Shown: positions 42,937 through 53,900, counted from the first letter of the stretch. The stretch: 64,000 bases of DNA from Synechococcus sp. (GCA_051439605.1 JBFRWN010000017.1:32001-96000), one strand, 5' to 3'. Notes: generated by a model from the sequence alone, not told the origin. Numbers and translations are program-made.

Positions 42937-43313
42937 CTTTAATCAGGGACTTATCGCCTTGGGCATGCGGTTCGGGTTCCGGTAAGAAGGGTAAGTCGAA
43001 TTGTCCTCAAGTGCAGGACAGACAGCTTGGCAGGTTAGAGAGCAGGTAATATTCCCTAGGATTTGCTGTTGACAGGTCCGCAAATCCATTCGAGCTATGG
43101 CATTTCCTCCACAGATGGCAGAGATCTCAGGGTGAGTCTGGGTAAGTTAGCGAAAACTAATCCATTGAATCTAGGCTTATAGACTTTTCAATCCCGACGG
43201 CGCCAGTCTCGGTTTGGCAGTCTAGAACTTGAAATGCCCTACGCAGCTCGATCGTCGCGATAGATTCTCGGTGCAGTATTAGCCACAGATTGCATGTTGA
43301 AAGGAGACAGTAG

Positions 43314-44168
43314 ATGCTCGGGCGGTTGTTGAAATGGGGAGCGCTACTGTTGCCGGTGGGGACGATCGCCCTGATGACCCCTGCGAGAGCTGGACTTCAT
43401 CAGCTCGTGACGGAAGCCGATATCAATATCCTTTTCCAAAGGATGAATCCTATTCAGAAGAACTCGTATTCATCTCTGGAACGCAAGGAGATGAACGAGA
43501 TTATCCTGACGCTAATAGAGACCGGCATCGATGTTTATTTCACCGATGATGACCTGGGTTCGCTTGGCGGATTTTACGAGCCCGGTCGGGGTATTGTGGT
43601 GATTACCCAATTGGGTTTGAGCTACGATACGAAGCTCACTTTGGAGGTACTGCGCCATGAAGCATTTCATGTCGTGCAGGACTGCGCATCCGGCCAAATG
43701 GGTGGGGATGTGGCTGCAGTGGGATTGGCCATTCCTAACTACGCCACGGAGCGGTTTGATGCGGTTAAAGATGGCTATCACAATACCTACACTCATAATC
43801 TAGAACGGGAAGCCTATTATGTTGAACGACTGCCGGGATATGCCACGTATGGTTTAGAGGCAATCTGCCTGGGTCGAGATGTCACTGCTCCAGATTTGCG
43901 CAATGCCTCAGCTCCCCCCCCTCGCGTACGCAATAACTGTGGCTCCCCCTACAGCGAGGCGTTCGATCGCTGGTATCCCGTCTACGTTCCAGAGAATCGT
44001 ATTGAGGAAATGCGCCTCCTGCACTGTAGGGATGCCTTCAACGAGTCACTCATGGTTAACGGTCGCTCGATGGTACAGATTGCAGTATTTGCGACCCCAG
44101 AAGGGGCGCGAAACTTTGCCCAACAGGTGGGGGGGGAAGTAGGGGCGCCTGTTACAGCCCAAAATTAA
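43314..44168 (+). CDS. Exported hypothetical protein with HExxH motif
   Basis: AGGAG RBS, signal-like N-terminus, LRHEAFHVVQDC...LEREAY, C-terminal VQIAVFATPEGARNFAQQV. Confidence 0.7.
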   Translation: MLGRLLKWGALLLPVGTIALMTPARAGLHQLVTEADINILFQRMNPIQKNSYSSLERKEMNEIILTLIETGIDVYFTDDDLGSLGGFYEPGRGIVVITQLGLSYDTKLTLEVLRHEAFHVVQDCASGQMGGDVAAVGLAIPNYATERFDAVKDGYHNTYTHNLEREAYYVERLPGYATYGLEAICLGRDVTAPDLRNASAPPPRVRNNCGSPYSEAFDRWYPVYVPENRIEEMRLLHCRDAFNESLMVNGRSMVQIAVFATPEGARNFAQQVGGEVGAPVTAQN

Positions 44169-44197
44169 CGTAGGGATATCCGTAAGGGTGAACACGG

Positions 44198-44905
44198 CTA
44201 CAAGGCGATCGCTTCTCCAGCGGGAACGAGTTCTCTTCGCAACTCCTCCTGCAATGCTTCTGCCCATCCCCGCCAGGCGATCAATGTGGACGTGGAAGCT
44301 TTTTGGCACAGTTGAATTTTGCGCTCAGAGATATTCAGCCAGGAGTATAGTCCTCCTCCGTAGCTACTCCCACAGAGTTGGAAATCAATAGTATCTATCC
44401 AGGGGCGGGCAAAGTAATGGGGTTGACCGTCCAAGGGCATGACGTACTCGAACCAAATGTAGATACGGAATTCCTCAACGGTAAACTCCACGAACTCAGA
44501 GGTTTCTAAACCATTTTGAGTATCAAAACCCTGACACGAAAAATCCGGTCGAATTTTTAGGTACCGTCGAATCCGCTTCCCCATCTCCTGAACAGAGGTT
44601 GGCAAGAAAGGTTCTAACTCCTCTACGTTGCTCTCTCGTCTCGCCTCGCTTCGGCTAGCGAGCTCGCACAGCTCGTTGACATAATCTTGGGGTAGCTTAA
44701 TATGCTCAAGGATGAAGGCTTCCCAACTAGGGGCTACATGTCGCCAAGCCTCTTGCTGACGCCAATTTGCCAGCAACTCAGCAAATTGGTAGCAAACCTT
44801 CCCCCACATGCGAAACTCCTGCGACTGCTCCAACAGTTGCTTCATATACTCGTCAGAGTATGCGTCTACGCCCGATCGGGAAAAGTTCATGTTGGAGTAA
44901 GTCAT
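44198..44905 (-). CDS. Hypothetical protein
   Basis: 235-aa ORF with ATG start and ordinary composition, convergent on 43314..44168; no recognisable family. Confidence 0.6.
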   Translation of the reverse strand: MTYSNMNFSRSGVDAYSDEYMKQLLEQSQEFRMWGKVCYQFAELLANWRQQEAWRHVAPSWEAFILEHIKLPQDYVNELCELASRSEARRESNVEELEPFLPTSVQEMGKRIRRYLKIRPDFSCQGFDTQNGLETSEFVEFTVEEFRIYIWFEYVMPLDGQPHYFARPWIDTIDFQLCGSSYGGGLYSWLNISERKIQLCQKASTSTLIAWRGWAEALQEELRRELVPAGEAIAL

Positions 44906-45172
44906 CCGTTGTTACCGGTGTCGCAGGATCCTGGGGAACTGACCGTCAATTAATAGACAAACAAGCTATGCCAATAGGTGCTTTCACTGGAATACCACAG
45001 AAGTCTATAAGCGAAATCTCGGAGTCGCCAATAAAGATTCAGTAATTCCATCTACACGTTATCACTTGCTTTAGAATATGCATCTTTCGAGTTGCAGTTC
45101 ATGTATAAAACAGCACTTTTAAGTCTCCTCCCCTGACGTCCTATTGCTTCTGACCGCAATACTACACCCCCC

Positions 45173-45260
45173 AGTCAAGCGACTAAATAACCCAGGTTGC
45201 CTAGAGTTATGCAGTCGGGCGATAAATGACCCAAGTTGCTAGTTATGCATTCAAGTAAAT
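45173..45260. repeat. Degenerate tandem repeat, 36-40 bp unit, ~2.3 copies
   Basis: AGTCAAGCGACTAAATAACCCAGGTTGCCTAGAGTTATGC / AGTCGGGCGATAAATGACCCAAGTTGCTAGTTATGC / ATTCAAGTAAAT. Confidence 0.65.
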
Positions 45261-45262
45261 AT

Positions 45263-45301
45263 GAAAATAGAATCCCCTCCAAGCCTGGAAACTGGAGGGG
45301 A
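45263..45301 (-). terminator. Intrinsic terminator downstream of hemE and the small ORF
   Basis: TCCCCTCCA...TGGAGGGGA stem followed by TTCTATTTTC on the minus strand. Confidence 0.6.
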
Positions 45302-45345
45302 CGATAATTTGCGAAATTATTGTTAACTACTGTATTGTTAAAGAC

Positions 45346-45492
45346 TTACTCCACGCCAATGGTCATCAGGAAGACACCATGCACCGGATCGGTAGTGCTG
45401 AAGTTATGACTACCCAACTGATAACAGCTCGTTTTTTCAGAAGCAGCCATCCCCAAAGCAGAACCTACGTTGAAGACTATGGGTTCCTTCAT
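45346..45492 (-). CDS. Possible 48-aa small ORF
   Basis: ATG 45492 to TAA 45346: MKEPIVFNVGSALGMAASEKTSCYQLGSHNFSTTDPVHGVFLMTIGVE; lies between hemE and a terminator. Confidence 0.25.
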   Translation of the reverse strand: MKEPIVFNVGSALGMAASEKTSCYQLGSHNFSTTDPVHGVFLMTIGVE

Positions 45493-45560
45493 CCTCAAAA
45501 GTCTCTAATTGTATCTGGGCCTAAACCCTGAAGCGAATATTGGATAACTAGCGACTTACG

Positions 45561-46619
45561 TTAGTAGGAAAAAGACTGAACGGTATCAAAGAAGAAACGC
45601 ACGTTATCTTCAGGAGTAGTTCGGTGAATACCGTGACCCAAGTTCATGATGTGACCTGTGGGACCAGCTTTGCGAATTATGTCTAAGGTACGCTCGCGAA
45701 TGAGTTCTTTGCTGCCCAACAGCACCATCGGATCCAAGTTACCCTGAACTGCAATATCAGGTCCCAAACGCTTACGGGCTTCGCCAATATCAGATAGCCA
45801 ATCAACGCTAAATACGTCAACACCAGACTGACCCACACGCTCTAGCAAAGCTCCGCTCCCATTAATGTAGAGCACGAGCGGGGTTTCGGGATGAACAGCT
45901 TTCACTTGCTCGACGATACGCTGCTCGTAGGGCAGAGCAAATGCTTCGTAGTCAATCGGATTCAGTTGACCAGCCCAGGTGTCAAACATTTGCACCACTT
46001 GAGCGCCGCATTCAATCTGGTAAATCACGTAGCGGGCAATGGAGTCCGCCAGCTTGCTCAGGAGCTGGTGCAGGATTTCGGGGGCAGCGTAGGCCATTTC
46101 TTTGATAACGGCATAATCCTTTGAACTCTTACCTTCCACAGCGTAAGCCGCCAATGTCCAGGGGGCACCGACAAAGCCTAGCAGGGTCGCTTTATCGCCG
46201 ATTTCGCTCCGTAAAGTAGTGAGAATTTCTTTGATGAAGGGCAGGCTTTCTTCAGGATCGAGTTCCCTCACTGCATCGACCTGAGCTTGAGTGCGAATAG
46301 GGGGGTCAATAATTGGGCCAACGCTCTCGACCAGATCGAATGGAATCCCCATGCCATCGAGTGGGGTAAGAATGTCGGAAAACATAATCACGCCATCGGG
46401 CTGAAATGCTCGGAAAGGCTGCAGGGAAATTTCCACCGCCAGCTCGGGTTTCTCGCAACGCTCTTTGAAGCTGTATTTATCCCGTAAAACACGATATTCC
46501 GCCATATAGCGGCCTGCTTGACGCATCATCCATACAGGAGGCCGATCGATAGCTTCACCACGTGCGGCACGCAACAGGCGATCGCCCATGGTAGGAGGAG
46601 CGGATACAGAATTTGTCAT
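45561..46619 (-). CDS. hemE: Uroporphyrinogen decarboxylase
   Basis: [43 protein letters not shown]. Confidence 0.97.
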   Translation of the reverse strand: MTNSVSAPPTMGDRLLRAARGEAIDRPPVWMMRQAGRYMAEYRVLRDKYSFKERCEKPELAVEISLQPFRAFQPDGVIMFSDILTPLDGMGIPFDLVESVGPIIDPPIRTQAQVDAVRELDPEESLPFIKEILTTLRSEIGDKATLLGFVGAPWTLAAYAVEGKSSKDYAVIKEMAYAAPEILHQLLSKLADSIARYVIYQIECGAQVVQMFDTWAGQLNPIDYEAFALPYEQRIVEQVKAVHPETPLVLYINGSGALLERVGQSGVDVFSVDWLSDIGEARKRLGPDIAVQGNLDPMVLLGSKELIRERTLDIIRKAGPTGHIMNLGHGIHRTTPEDNVRFFFDTVQSFSY

Positions 46620-46655
46620 TGCTAAATTAAAACTCTTCTGATTATTGAAAAAATT

Positions 46656-46703
46656 TGAGAAAGCTAACCCAGATCTTAAAACACTAGGGGGTTAGCTTTC
46701 TCA
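46656..46703 (-). terminator. 15-bp perfect inverted repeat after grxD (probable terminator)
   Basis: TGAGAAAGCTAACCC / GGGTTAGCTTTCTCA with an 18-nt loop, then AATTTTTT on the minus strand. Confidence 0.65.
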
Positions 46704-46776
46704 CTTCAGGAGTTGCAAATTGTGAAGCTGGGGGGGCGGTATTGTAATTATCCGGAGTCAATAAGGAGACGCTGAA

Positions 46777-47109
46777 TTAGGCAGTAGCCCCTTCAACCGC
46801 AGCTTTGACGATAGGTTCTAGCTCTCCGCGTTGGTACATCTCTAAGGTAATGTCGCAACCACCAAGAAATTCGCCATCTACGTACACTTGGGGGATCGTG
46901 GGCCAGTTTGAAAAGGTTTTAATACCCTGGCGGATGTCGTTATCTTCCAGCACGTTCACGGTTTGGTAGGGGTAGCCCATTCTTTGAAAAACCTGAATAG
47001 TTGCTGCCGAAAATCCGCATTGAGGAAACTCAGGGGTTCCCTTCATATAGATCATGACTGTGTTGTCAGAGATCTGCTTTTGGATAACTTCATGGATATC
47101 TTGGCTCAT
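46777..47109 (-). CDS. grxD: Monothiol glutaredoxin (Grx4 family)
   Basis: YMKGTPEFPQCGFS, IKTFSNWPTIPQVY, GGCD; start placed at MSQDIHE. Confidence 0.95.
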   Translation of the reverse strand: MSQDIHEVIQKQISDNTVMIYMKGTPEFPQCGFSAATIQVFQRMGYPYQTVNVLEDNDIRQGIKTFSNWPTIPQVYVDGEFLGGCDITLEMYQRGELEPIVKAAVEGATA

Positions 47110-47321
47110 AGTTGAGTCTCCGCAAAGGCGAACTAAATGAATTCTCCTGAGTGTCGATCGAGACGATCGCACGTCTCATTGTATTCAAGACTTGTTGCTT
47201 GGATGTTTGGCCCGGGTAACTGCTTGAATCGTTATGGAGAAGGTAGGCGTGACGTAGGACAAAACCAAAAACTCAATGAATCGAAATCGAATGAGGTGTT
47301 CCTACGCCACCAGAAGCAGGT

Positions 47322-48248
47322 CTATTCTATCGAGGTTTGAGGGCTCCAGATTACCACAACGGCATAGTTGTCCAAGAAGCGATCGCGCTGATTTTGGTTG
47401 CGTAACTCCCACGCATCGCTGTTCGAGATTACCAAATCGTACCCTTGGGTTCGTTCCGCCTTAATCGTGTGGGGTCGTTCGCCAATGCGCCCAATCAGCT
47501 GGCGAGCTTCATCCTCGCTAGTGACAAAAGAGGCAGTACCGTTAATCGATACCTGCGAAGTATTCAACTGTCGATTCGTTTCAGGGGTGGTATACACTTG
47601 GTTGCCATCTCGGTCGAACAGCCGCATGGACATGCTGGGCAGAAAATCGAGCTGACGGGCGTCTACAATCAAGCCTGTCATATTGGGGATGTAATCTGTA
47701 CGGGTACGCCTGGGACCGTTACCATCTCCGGTTCCGTTGCCATCGCCAAAACCACTCCCCGAACCTTCTCCAGGCTGCCCTGTTCCCGACTCTCCGGTTC
47801 CACCAGTCCCGGTTCCGACTGAGCTTCCCGAACCAGCGGTATCTCCTCCCCCTTGATTGGCGGTGCCGCTGGAATTCTCTTGCCCTCCTTCACCTCCTAA
47901 TTCACCACGACCGAGGGCGTCATCACCAGACTTGTCCGCTGCTTCCGGTCCAATTTCTTGGCTAGCACCAATGTCCAATTCGAAGGTGGGGGAATGATTT
48001 GCCGAAGCCCCAAAATCCAACTGAGATGGTTTCGATTCCTCCCCGTCATCCATTTCCTGGGTGGATGGTTGAGGTTGTGCAGTTCGCTGGAGTTGCCCGG
48101 CCTCCGCCTCCATCTTTTCGGACAGCGGGGGCTCGTTAGCTTCAGAAGGGGGAGTTTGGCCATACCCGCGACCGTCGATGACCAACACAACCACGGCGTA
48201 AAGGGCCAGCAGGGAGGAGCGGAGAAACAGTTGAGCAGGTGCAGACAT
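47322..48248 (-). CDS. Membrane-anchored protein with Gly/Ser/Thr-rich linker and globular C-terminal domain
   Basis: N-terminal hydrophobic helix, GSGSGFGDGNGTGDGNG linker, TGLIVDARQLDFLPSMSMRLFD domain. Confidence 0.7.
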   Translation of the reverse strand: MSAPAQLFLRSSLLALYAVVVLVIDGRGYGQTPPSEANEPPLSEKMEAEAGQLQRTAQPQPSTQEMDDGEESKPSQLDFGASANHSPTFELDIGASQEIGPEAADKSGDDALGRGELGGEGGQENSSGTANQGGGDTAGSGSSVGTGTGGTGESGTGQPGEGSGSGFGDGNGTGDGNGPRRTRTDYIPNMTGLIVDARQLDFLPSMSMRLFDRDGNQVYTTPETNRQLNTSQVSINGTASFVTSEDEARQLIGRIGERPHTIKAERTQGYDLVISNSDAWELRNQNQRDRFLDNYAVVVIWSPQTSIE

Positions 48249-48759
48249 GGAACCTATTCGCTAGATGGCTGGAGTGCACTCAAAGATTGTGGCTACGGTC
48301 ACGGGGAGTGGTAAGCCCAGAGGCAGAACTAAACCATCGCAAACCACAGAAATACAAATCAAAATTGCCAATCGCGTAATTATCGCCAGCAGATAATGAT
48401 TTTCGACAATCCCCATAGTATCCACACTGCTTGGGATGAGTAGGCGCTTAAGCGCAGAAACCGAACCAAGTGTTACGCAATCTCAGTAGCTTGTGACAGC
48501 TGCCATAAAAAAATACTGGGTCAAGTTGGACTGTTTAGCCACTTGAATAATGGAGAACAATCTCCCCCGTTGAATTGTCGATCAAAAAGTTTGGCCGTTG
48601 ATGGGTGTTTTTAGCTGCCGAGTCACTAAAGTAGACTTGACATGAAGAACGGGAGTTTCGGTCAATGACACGCAGCTATAGTGGCTTGCTGCAATAAATA
48701 CATATCTGTCATCCACAGTACTCTATCGCTAATCTGCTTTTCTCCTGTATGGCAATCGG

Positions 48760-49683
48760 ATGAATGAGTCAATTTCAGCTATCAATTCTCGGCAACAGGC
48801 TGTTCAGCGTGTGCTGTTGATCACGCTGGTTCTCAATGTGCTGGTGTTTGCAATCAAGATCGTTCTTGGGCTCAAAACTGGCTCCCTCAGCCTGATTGCA
48901 GATGCGCTGCATTCTGTTAGCGATAGTGCAAGCAATATCCTTGGGTTGGTGGCCATTCGGATGGCAAAGCCCGAACCGGATTGGGATCATCCCTACGGTC
49001 ACTCCAAATTTGAATCGATTGGTGCCTTGGGAATTGCGGCATTCCTAGTCGTGGCTTTTTTAGAAATTATCAAGGTGGCTTTCGAGCGCATTCTTCACGC
49101 CGGAACTACCAAGCCGCTTTCGATTGATGACCTGACCCTGCAAATCATGGTTATCGTTTTGCTCATCAACATTGTCGTAACCTTGTACGAACGCCAACAG
49201 GGAAAACGTCTTGACAGCCGTCTGTTATTAGCAGATGCTCGCCACACTCTCAGCGATGTGGGTATTACGCTCGTAGTGTTGTTGGGGTTGTGGGGAACGC
49301 AACAGGGCTGGATATGGCTAGACACAGTCCTCGCCTTTCCCATCGGTGCCTTAGTACTGTGGAGTGCCTGGGAAGTTCTGACGGAAAATGTCCCCGTTCT
49401 CACCGATCGCGTCGCGATCGCTCCTACTGCCATCTACGATCGGGTGATGTCGGTGGAAGGGGTCCTGAATTGTCACGAAATTTCTTCGCGAGGGGTGGTT
49501 GGGCAGCGGGTGTTTGTGGAAATGCATCTGGTGGTCAAACCGTTGGACGTGGAGTCAGCCCACAGAATTTCCGAGTTGGTGGAGCTGGCACTCCAGGAAA
49601 AATACGGTGAAATCCATGCCACCATTCACCTCGAACCCCACGATTACATCGAACCTTTCGAGGACTCTCCCCATCCCCATTAG
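48760..49683 (+). CDS. Cation diffusion facilitator family transporter
   Basis: SLSLIADALHSVSD, DHPYGHSKFE, LLADARHTLSD, IHLEP. Confidence 0.93.
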   Translation: MNESISAINSRQQAVQRVLLITLVLNVLVFAIKIVLGLKTGSLSLIADALHSVSDSASNILGLVAIRMAKPEPDWDHPYGHSKFESIGALGIAAFLVVAFLEIIKVAFERILHAGTTKPLSIDDLTLQIMVIVLLINIVVTLYERQQGKRLDSRLLLADARHTLSDVGITLVVLLGLWGTQQGWIWLDTVLAFPIGALVLWSAWEVLTENVPVLTDRVAIAPTAIYDRVMSVEGVLNCHEISSRGVVGQRVFVEMHLVVKPLDVESAHRISELVELALQEKYGEIHATIHLEPHDYIEPFEDSPHPH

Positions 49684-49754
49684 GGGGACCGAACTTGCCA
49701 TCCTATGGGTATTTGGGATACATAAAAAACTTCTCCGAAATATTTTAATTTTGG

Positions 49755-49783
49755 TTGACAAGCGTAAATCTGCCCCCTTAGGA
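49755..49783 (+). promoter_or_regulatory. Sigma70-type promoter of tRNA-Glu
   Basis: TTGACA-17 bp-TAGGAT, 42 bp upstream of the tRNA. Confidence 0.75.
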
Positions 49784-49825
49784 TGGTTGAGGTCGAAGGG
49801 CAGAATGCCCTAAAGACAGTGGCTA

Positions 49826-49898
49826 GCCCCCATCGTCTAGAGGCCTAGGACACCTCCCTTTCACGGAGGCGACAGGGGTTCGAATCCCCTTGGGGGTA
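49826..49898 (+). tRNA. trnE: tRNA-Glu (TTC)
   Basis: GCCCCCA acceptor stem pairs with TGGGGGT; anticodon arm CCTCC-CTTTCAC-GGAGG; T-loop GGTTCGAATCC; CCA not encoded. Confidence 0.98.
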
Positions 49899-49899
49899 T

Positions 49900-49931
49900 A
49901 AAAAAAAGCGACGCCTCAGCGTCGCTTTTTT
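49900..49931 (+). terminator. tRNA terminator (bidirectional shape)
   Basis: A-run, GCGACGC-CTCA-GCGTCGC, then T6. Confidence 0.85.
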
Positions 49932-49954
49932 ATGTTTTGGCCTGGCAAATCAAT

Positions 49955-50369
49955 ACGTGGGCTTAACTTCTTCGAGTCTTCTAACGAGCCCTGGCACCGG
50001 AGAGCAGCCAGTGTTCTATCGCTCCCGGTTGAGTGAAGGTGAAGTGATGACAATGGTAATTGCTTGACTATGGTTCTGGCAGTCTTATCTCAAAGGGAAA
50101 AACATGAAGTAGAAGTTGGTCAAGCTGAAAGACAAAATCCTTTGGGGCAAGGACTCGCTCATCGAGACGGTCAACGACCAACTCAAGAATATTCTCCAGA
50201 TCGAGCATTCTCGCCATCACAGTATCTAGAATATCGCGATCAATCGGCGGCTGGATTAGCTGCATATACCTAGTTGACCCACGATGCCTTCCTTAGACCT
50301 TCAACACAAGGGACTCAAGGCTCTACCACCAGCACTCTTCTTAACATAGGATACTGTCGAACTGACGTA
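49955..50369 (+). mobile_element. Decayed, internally deleted IS982-family element
   Basis: Fragments translate as LSEGEVMTMVIA* and [39 protein letters not shown]...AGLAAY, like IS982 transposase N- and C-termini. Right end GTCGAACTGACGT; degenerate left end ACGTGGGCTTAAC. Confidence 0.8.
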
Positions 50370-50901
50370 CCCAAAAGTAGTTCTAACTTCTTACATGCAT
50401 AAATTGCTACCGATCCTTGATGCCATTTCAAAAAGTGGTCAGTCCTAGTGCACACCAAAAGCAAGGGAGACTGGACTTCCCAGACAATCGTTTACCTGTC
50501 CAGGGCTACCAAAAAGACTTTGTATCTGATCTAAGTGGCATCTTCATTAAAAATATAAATTTCCCCGTACGTACCGCGGCCAATGAAAAAGCCTGAGATC
50601 GGAAGCTCTCCTTTGAAACAAAAGACTGTTTCTGCATCAGAGTTTTTGATTTCATACCTCCAAGAATGTGCAATTTAATAGGTTCATAAGACTTTCACAA
50701 AAGCAATTACTGAGAAGTCAAACCCAAAAAATATCCTTTACAAATTCCTACTAAGTAGAAGCACCGATGAAGCGATCAACACTCTTCATGTAGTTTCATC
50801 TCACGTCAAACTTCTCATAGGCACCTATTAATCTTTTTGCGCTTCACCTCCTGAAGAAGCGTTCCGATTATGGTGCCAGTAATAAAAGTTCCTTAGCAGT
50901 T

Positions 50902-53900
50902 TTGCAATTGCCCACAAAAATAATGTCTATTTCTAAATTCTCTCTCACTTCCGACCAAAATCCTATTCTCCCCTGGTTAATTGAAGACGAACTACAGATA
51001 GGCGGATCGCTCAAGCAGGCTACTCTAGATGGTAATCTCTTCCCTCACAGCGGAAGTAGATTTTCAGTATGTAATACAGCTCTAATTTCCAAAGAAGAGG
51101 ATCTACATGAATTAGAAATCGTTCCTCTAGAGGCAGACGATTTGAAGAATCTATTTCGTTCAAAAGGATCGCATCCATTATTATCAGCCTGTAGTAGGGT
51201 ATCCCCCCTATCAGCAAAGCGATCTGCGAAACCAGATTCACCCACAAGACCGAAATCCAGTAGAAGTAAGCATAGAAAATTTTCAACAGTTCCATCTGAT
51301 ATTTTGAGTAATAGGCATATAGATTATGGAGATCTAGCACTAAGAGAGCAATCCGTTCCAAGCTTGGAAGGAAAGGAATCGGATGATATACAGCTGTTCT
51401 CAGTCATTTCAGAAAAGAAGATTTATTTCAACCATGGAGGAGACTTTGATGGAGATTCCAATGACCTTAGTGACGATACGTTTTTCTATGCTAACAAAGG
51501 ATTCATCATAAACAGTCGTCCGGACTTACCAGTTAAACGAGACGAATACAATAATCCAGTCTTGGACAATCTAGGGCTTCCTATTCTGAGAGATAGAACG
51601 CTGGCAGTCTCGGCAAACTACAGATACATAAAAGCACCCAAAAATCTCTATAGCAATCTAGATACTCCACAGGAGGTGGAAGCCCAAACGGTAAATGTTC
51701 CCAGTTGGCATCAATTGCGAGATTCCAGAATAAGTAACTTTCCAGCCGAGATTGCATCAGTCAAAAGTCTTTCCAGAATCAACTCGAGAACAGATTGGTC
51801 AAAAACAGTACCCAATGGACCTTCTACCTTTGAGATGACATATCTACGAGTGAGAAAGGGAGGGTTAAGGATACCCAATGGAACAGAACTCAGAAATACG
51901 GTAATCATTGTGGATTCCGGGACAATTAACGTTCACAGCAACACCATCTTTGAGAATGTGGTTTTGGTAGCCAACAAAGGCAATGTGAACCTGAAAGAAA
52001 TAGAGGCGAAAGACTTAGAAGTTTATGCCTCCGGCTCGCTCAATGTAAATTCGCGAGCAGTATTTGAGGGTAAAAATGTACTTGCATCGGGTAAGAATAC
52101 TTACTTCAACGGTCGAACGGAAACCGTTGATGCGGATGACTTCTTACAAGTAGTTGCTCAAGGGAATCTAACATTTAATGCCAGTGCGGATATTCGAGCA
52201 GAGTTGCTCACAGCTTCGACTTTCAAGTTCAACCAAAGCTCCACGCTGTACGGTTCGATTGGAGCAAAAAAGAATATTCATTTCAACGGCTATGTCAGGG
52301 TATTTGCGGGTTCGCATGGTGCTTCCGAGTCACCCCCCGAGCCAGATACGGCTGCTCCTCAATTAGAGGTGGGGTTGGCCAACGATACAGGAGCATCGGA
52401 TGGTTTGACCTCTGACCCAATCGTTTCTGGCGTGGTGATAGACGATCGCGAGTTGCAATCGCTAACAGCACAATTTATCGGAACCACTAACTCAACGGCA
52501 GGCGACATCTTGTCCCAAAGAATGGCGGATGGTTCGTTCCAACTGAATCGTACTTCTCTTGAAAGTCTTTTCGGTGGGGAACTCAAGGATACCTCCTACC
52601 AATTGGAGGTAGAGGCAATTGATGCCAGCGGAAATGCTAGCCGAGCAACGCTTGCCTTTACCTTGGATACATCACTCCAACAGCCCAGCTTCGATTTAGC
52701 TCGGGAGTCTGACTCTGAGCCATTTGGCGATCGCCAAACGAGCACCGAACTCGTCACATTGGTGGGTCAAACGGAAGCAGGGGCAACAGTCACCTTGCAG
52801 GAAACCGGGGCAAGTGTTGTTGCCGATGAAACCGGGCTCTTCGAATTTCCCAATGTGGCCTTGGTAGAAGGTATCAATGAGCTGACAACTATCTCTGTAG
52901 ATACTGCTGGGAATCAGTCCAGTTTCATTGGCCTGATCGAAAGATTGCCAGTTAAACCCCCTCTGGTATTGCAGGAAGAAGATGCGTTTACCGTCATCTC
53001 TGAAAAAATCATCTTGGTACCGGATACTTCATCTCTACTGACATTTTCTTTGGAGAATGTTGAGTTTGACAAAACTGACCTGGCTGGAATTAATGATGCC
53101 TTTGAGGTGGCATTGCTCGACAGCAGCGGTCAGTCATTAGTTCACACCATTGGAGAGGGCCACTCGGCGTTCTTCAACATGACAGAAGGGGAAGAAACGA
53201 TTCTTGCGACTGGGGTGACGATCGACGGCCAGACTGTGATGCTGGATTTGGCTGGAGTAGCAGCAGGTACTGAGGCTCGTCTTGTATTTCGCCTGATCAA
53301 CAATGACAGAGATACAGAGAGTTCCGCTGCAATTCAGGGCGTTGAGCTCATTGAAGCTCCAGGCGATCTAGCACCCACCAATGCACCAGCTACAACACTC
53401 TCAACAAACGCTACACCTGTTGACTTTTCAGCGTTAGAGGAGGTGTCGGCCACTGTTCGCACCGACTATCAACAGACGAGTTGGGATGTACCGAACAATC
53501 GGCTGATTGTTGAATTTACCGCCACGAATGTTGGTGGATTCAGTCTGGGCGGGCAACTGATTGCAGCAGTGAGCAATATCAGTGCACTGGATGTGGAACT
53601 GGTGAAGTTTGATGGCTTCACGCCGGAAGGATTACCCTACCTAAACATAACCCAGCTAATCGATGATGGCGTTTGGTCAACAGATGAAGCGACTGCAAAA
53701 AGCCAGCTCATTTTCTCCAATCCCAATCAAGTTCAGTTTGATTTCGACCTGAAGTTTTTCAGTCAGCTCAATTGGTCTCCAGAATTTGTCTCCGCTCCGG
53801 AATTAGAGGTGTTAGCTGGCATTCAGTACGTCTACGATGCCAGCGCCACCGATCTGGATGGTGATGAGCTGACCTATCGATTGTTATCGGGACCAGAGGG

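Noticed and set aside
45173..45260. Possible mini-CRISPR array
   Set aside because: Units are contiguous and degenerate with no unique spacers; no cas genes in the window
50064..50273. Short ORFs 50064..50273 (+) and 50068..50265 (-)
   Set aside because: Off-frame readings of the IS982 remnant
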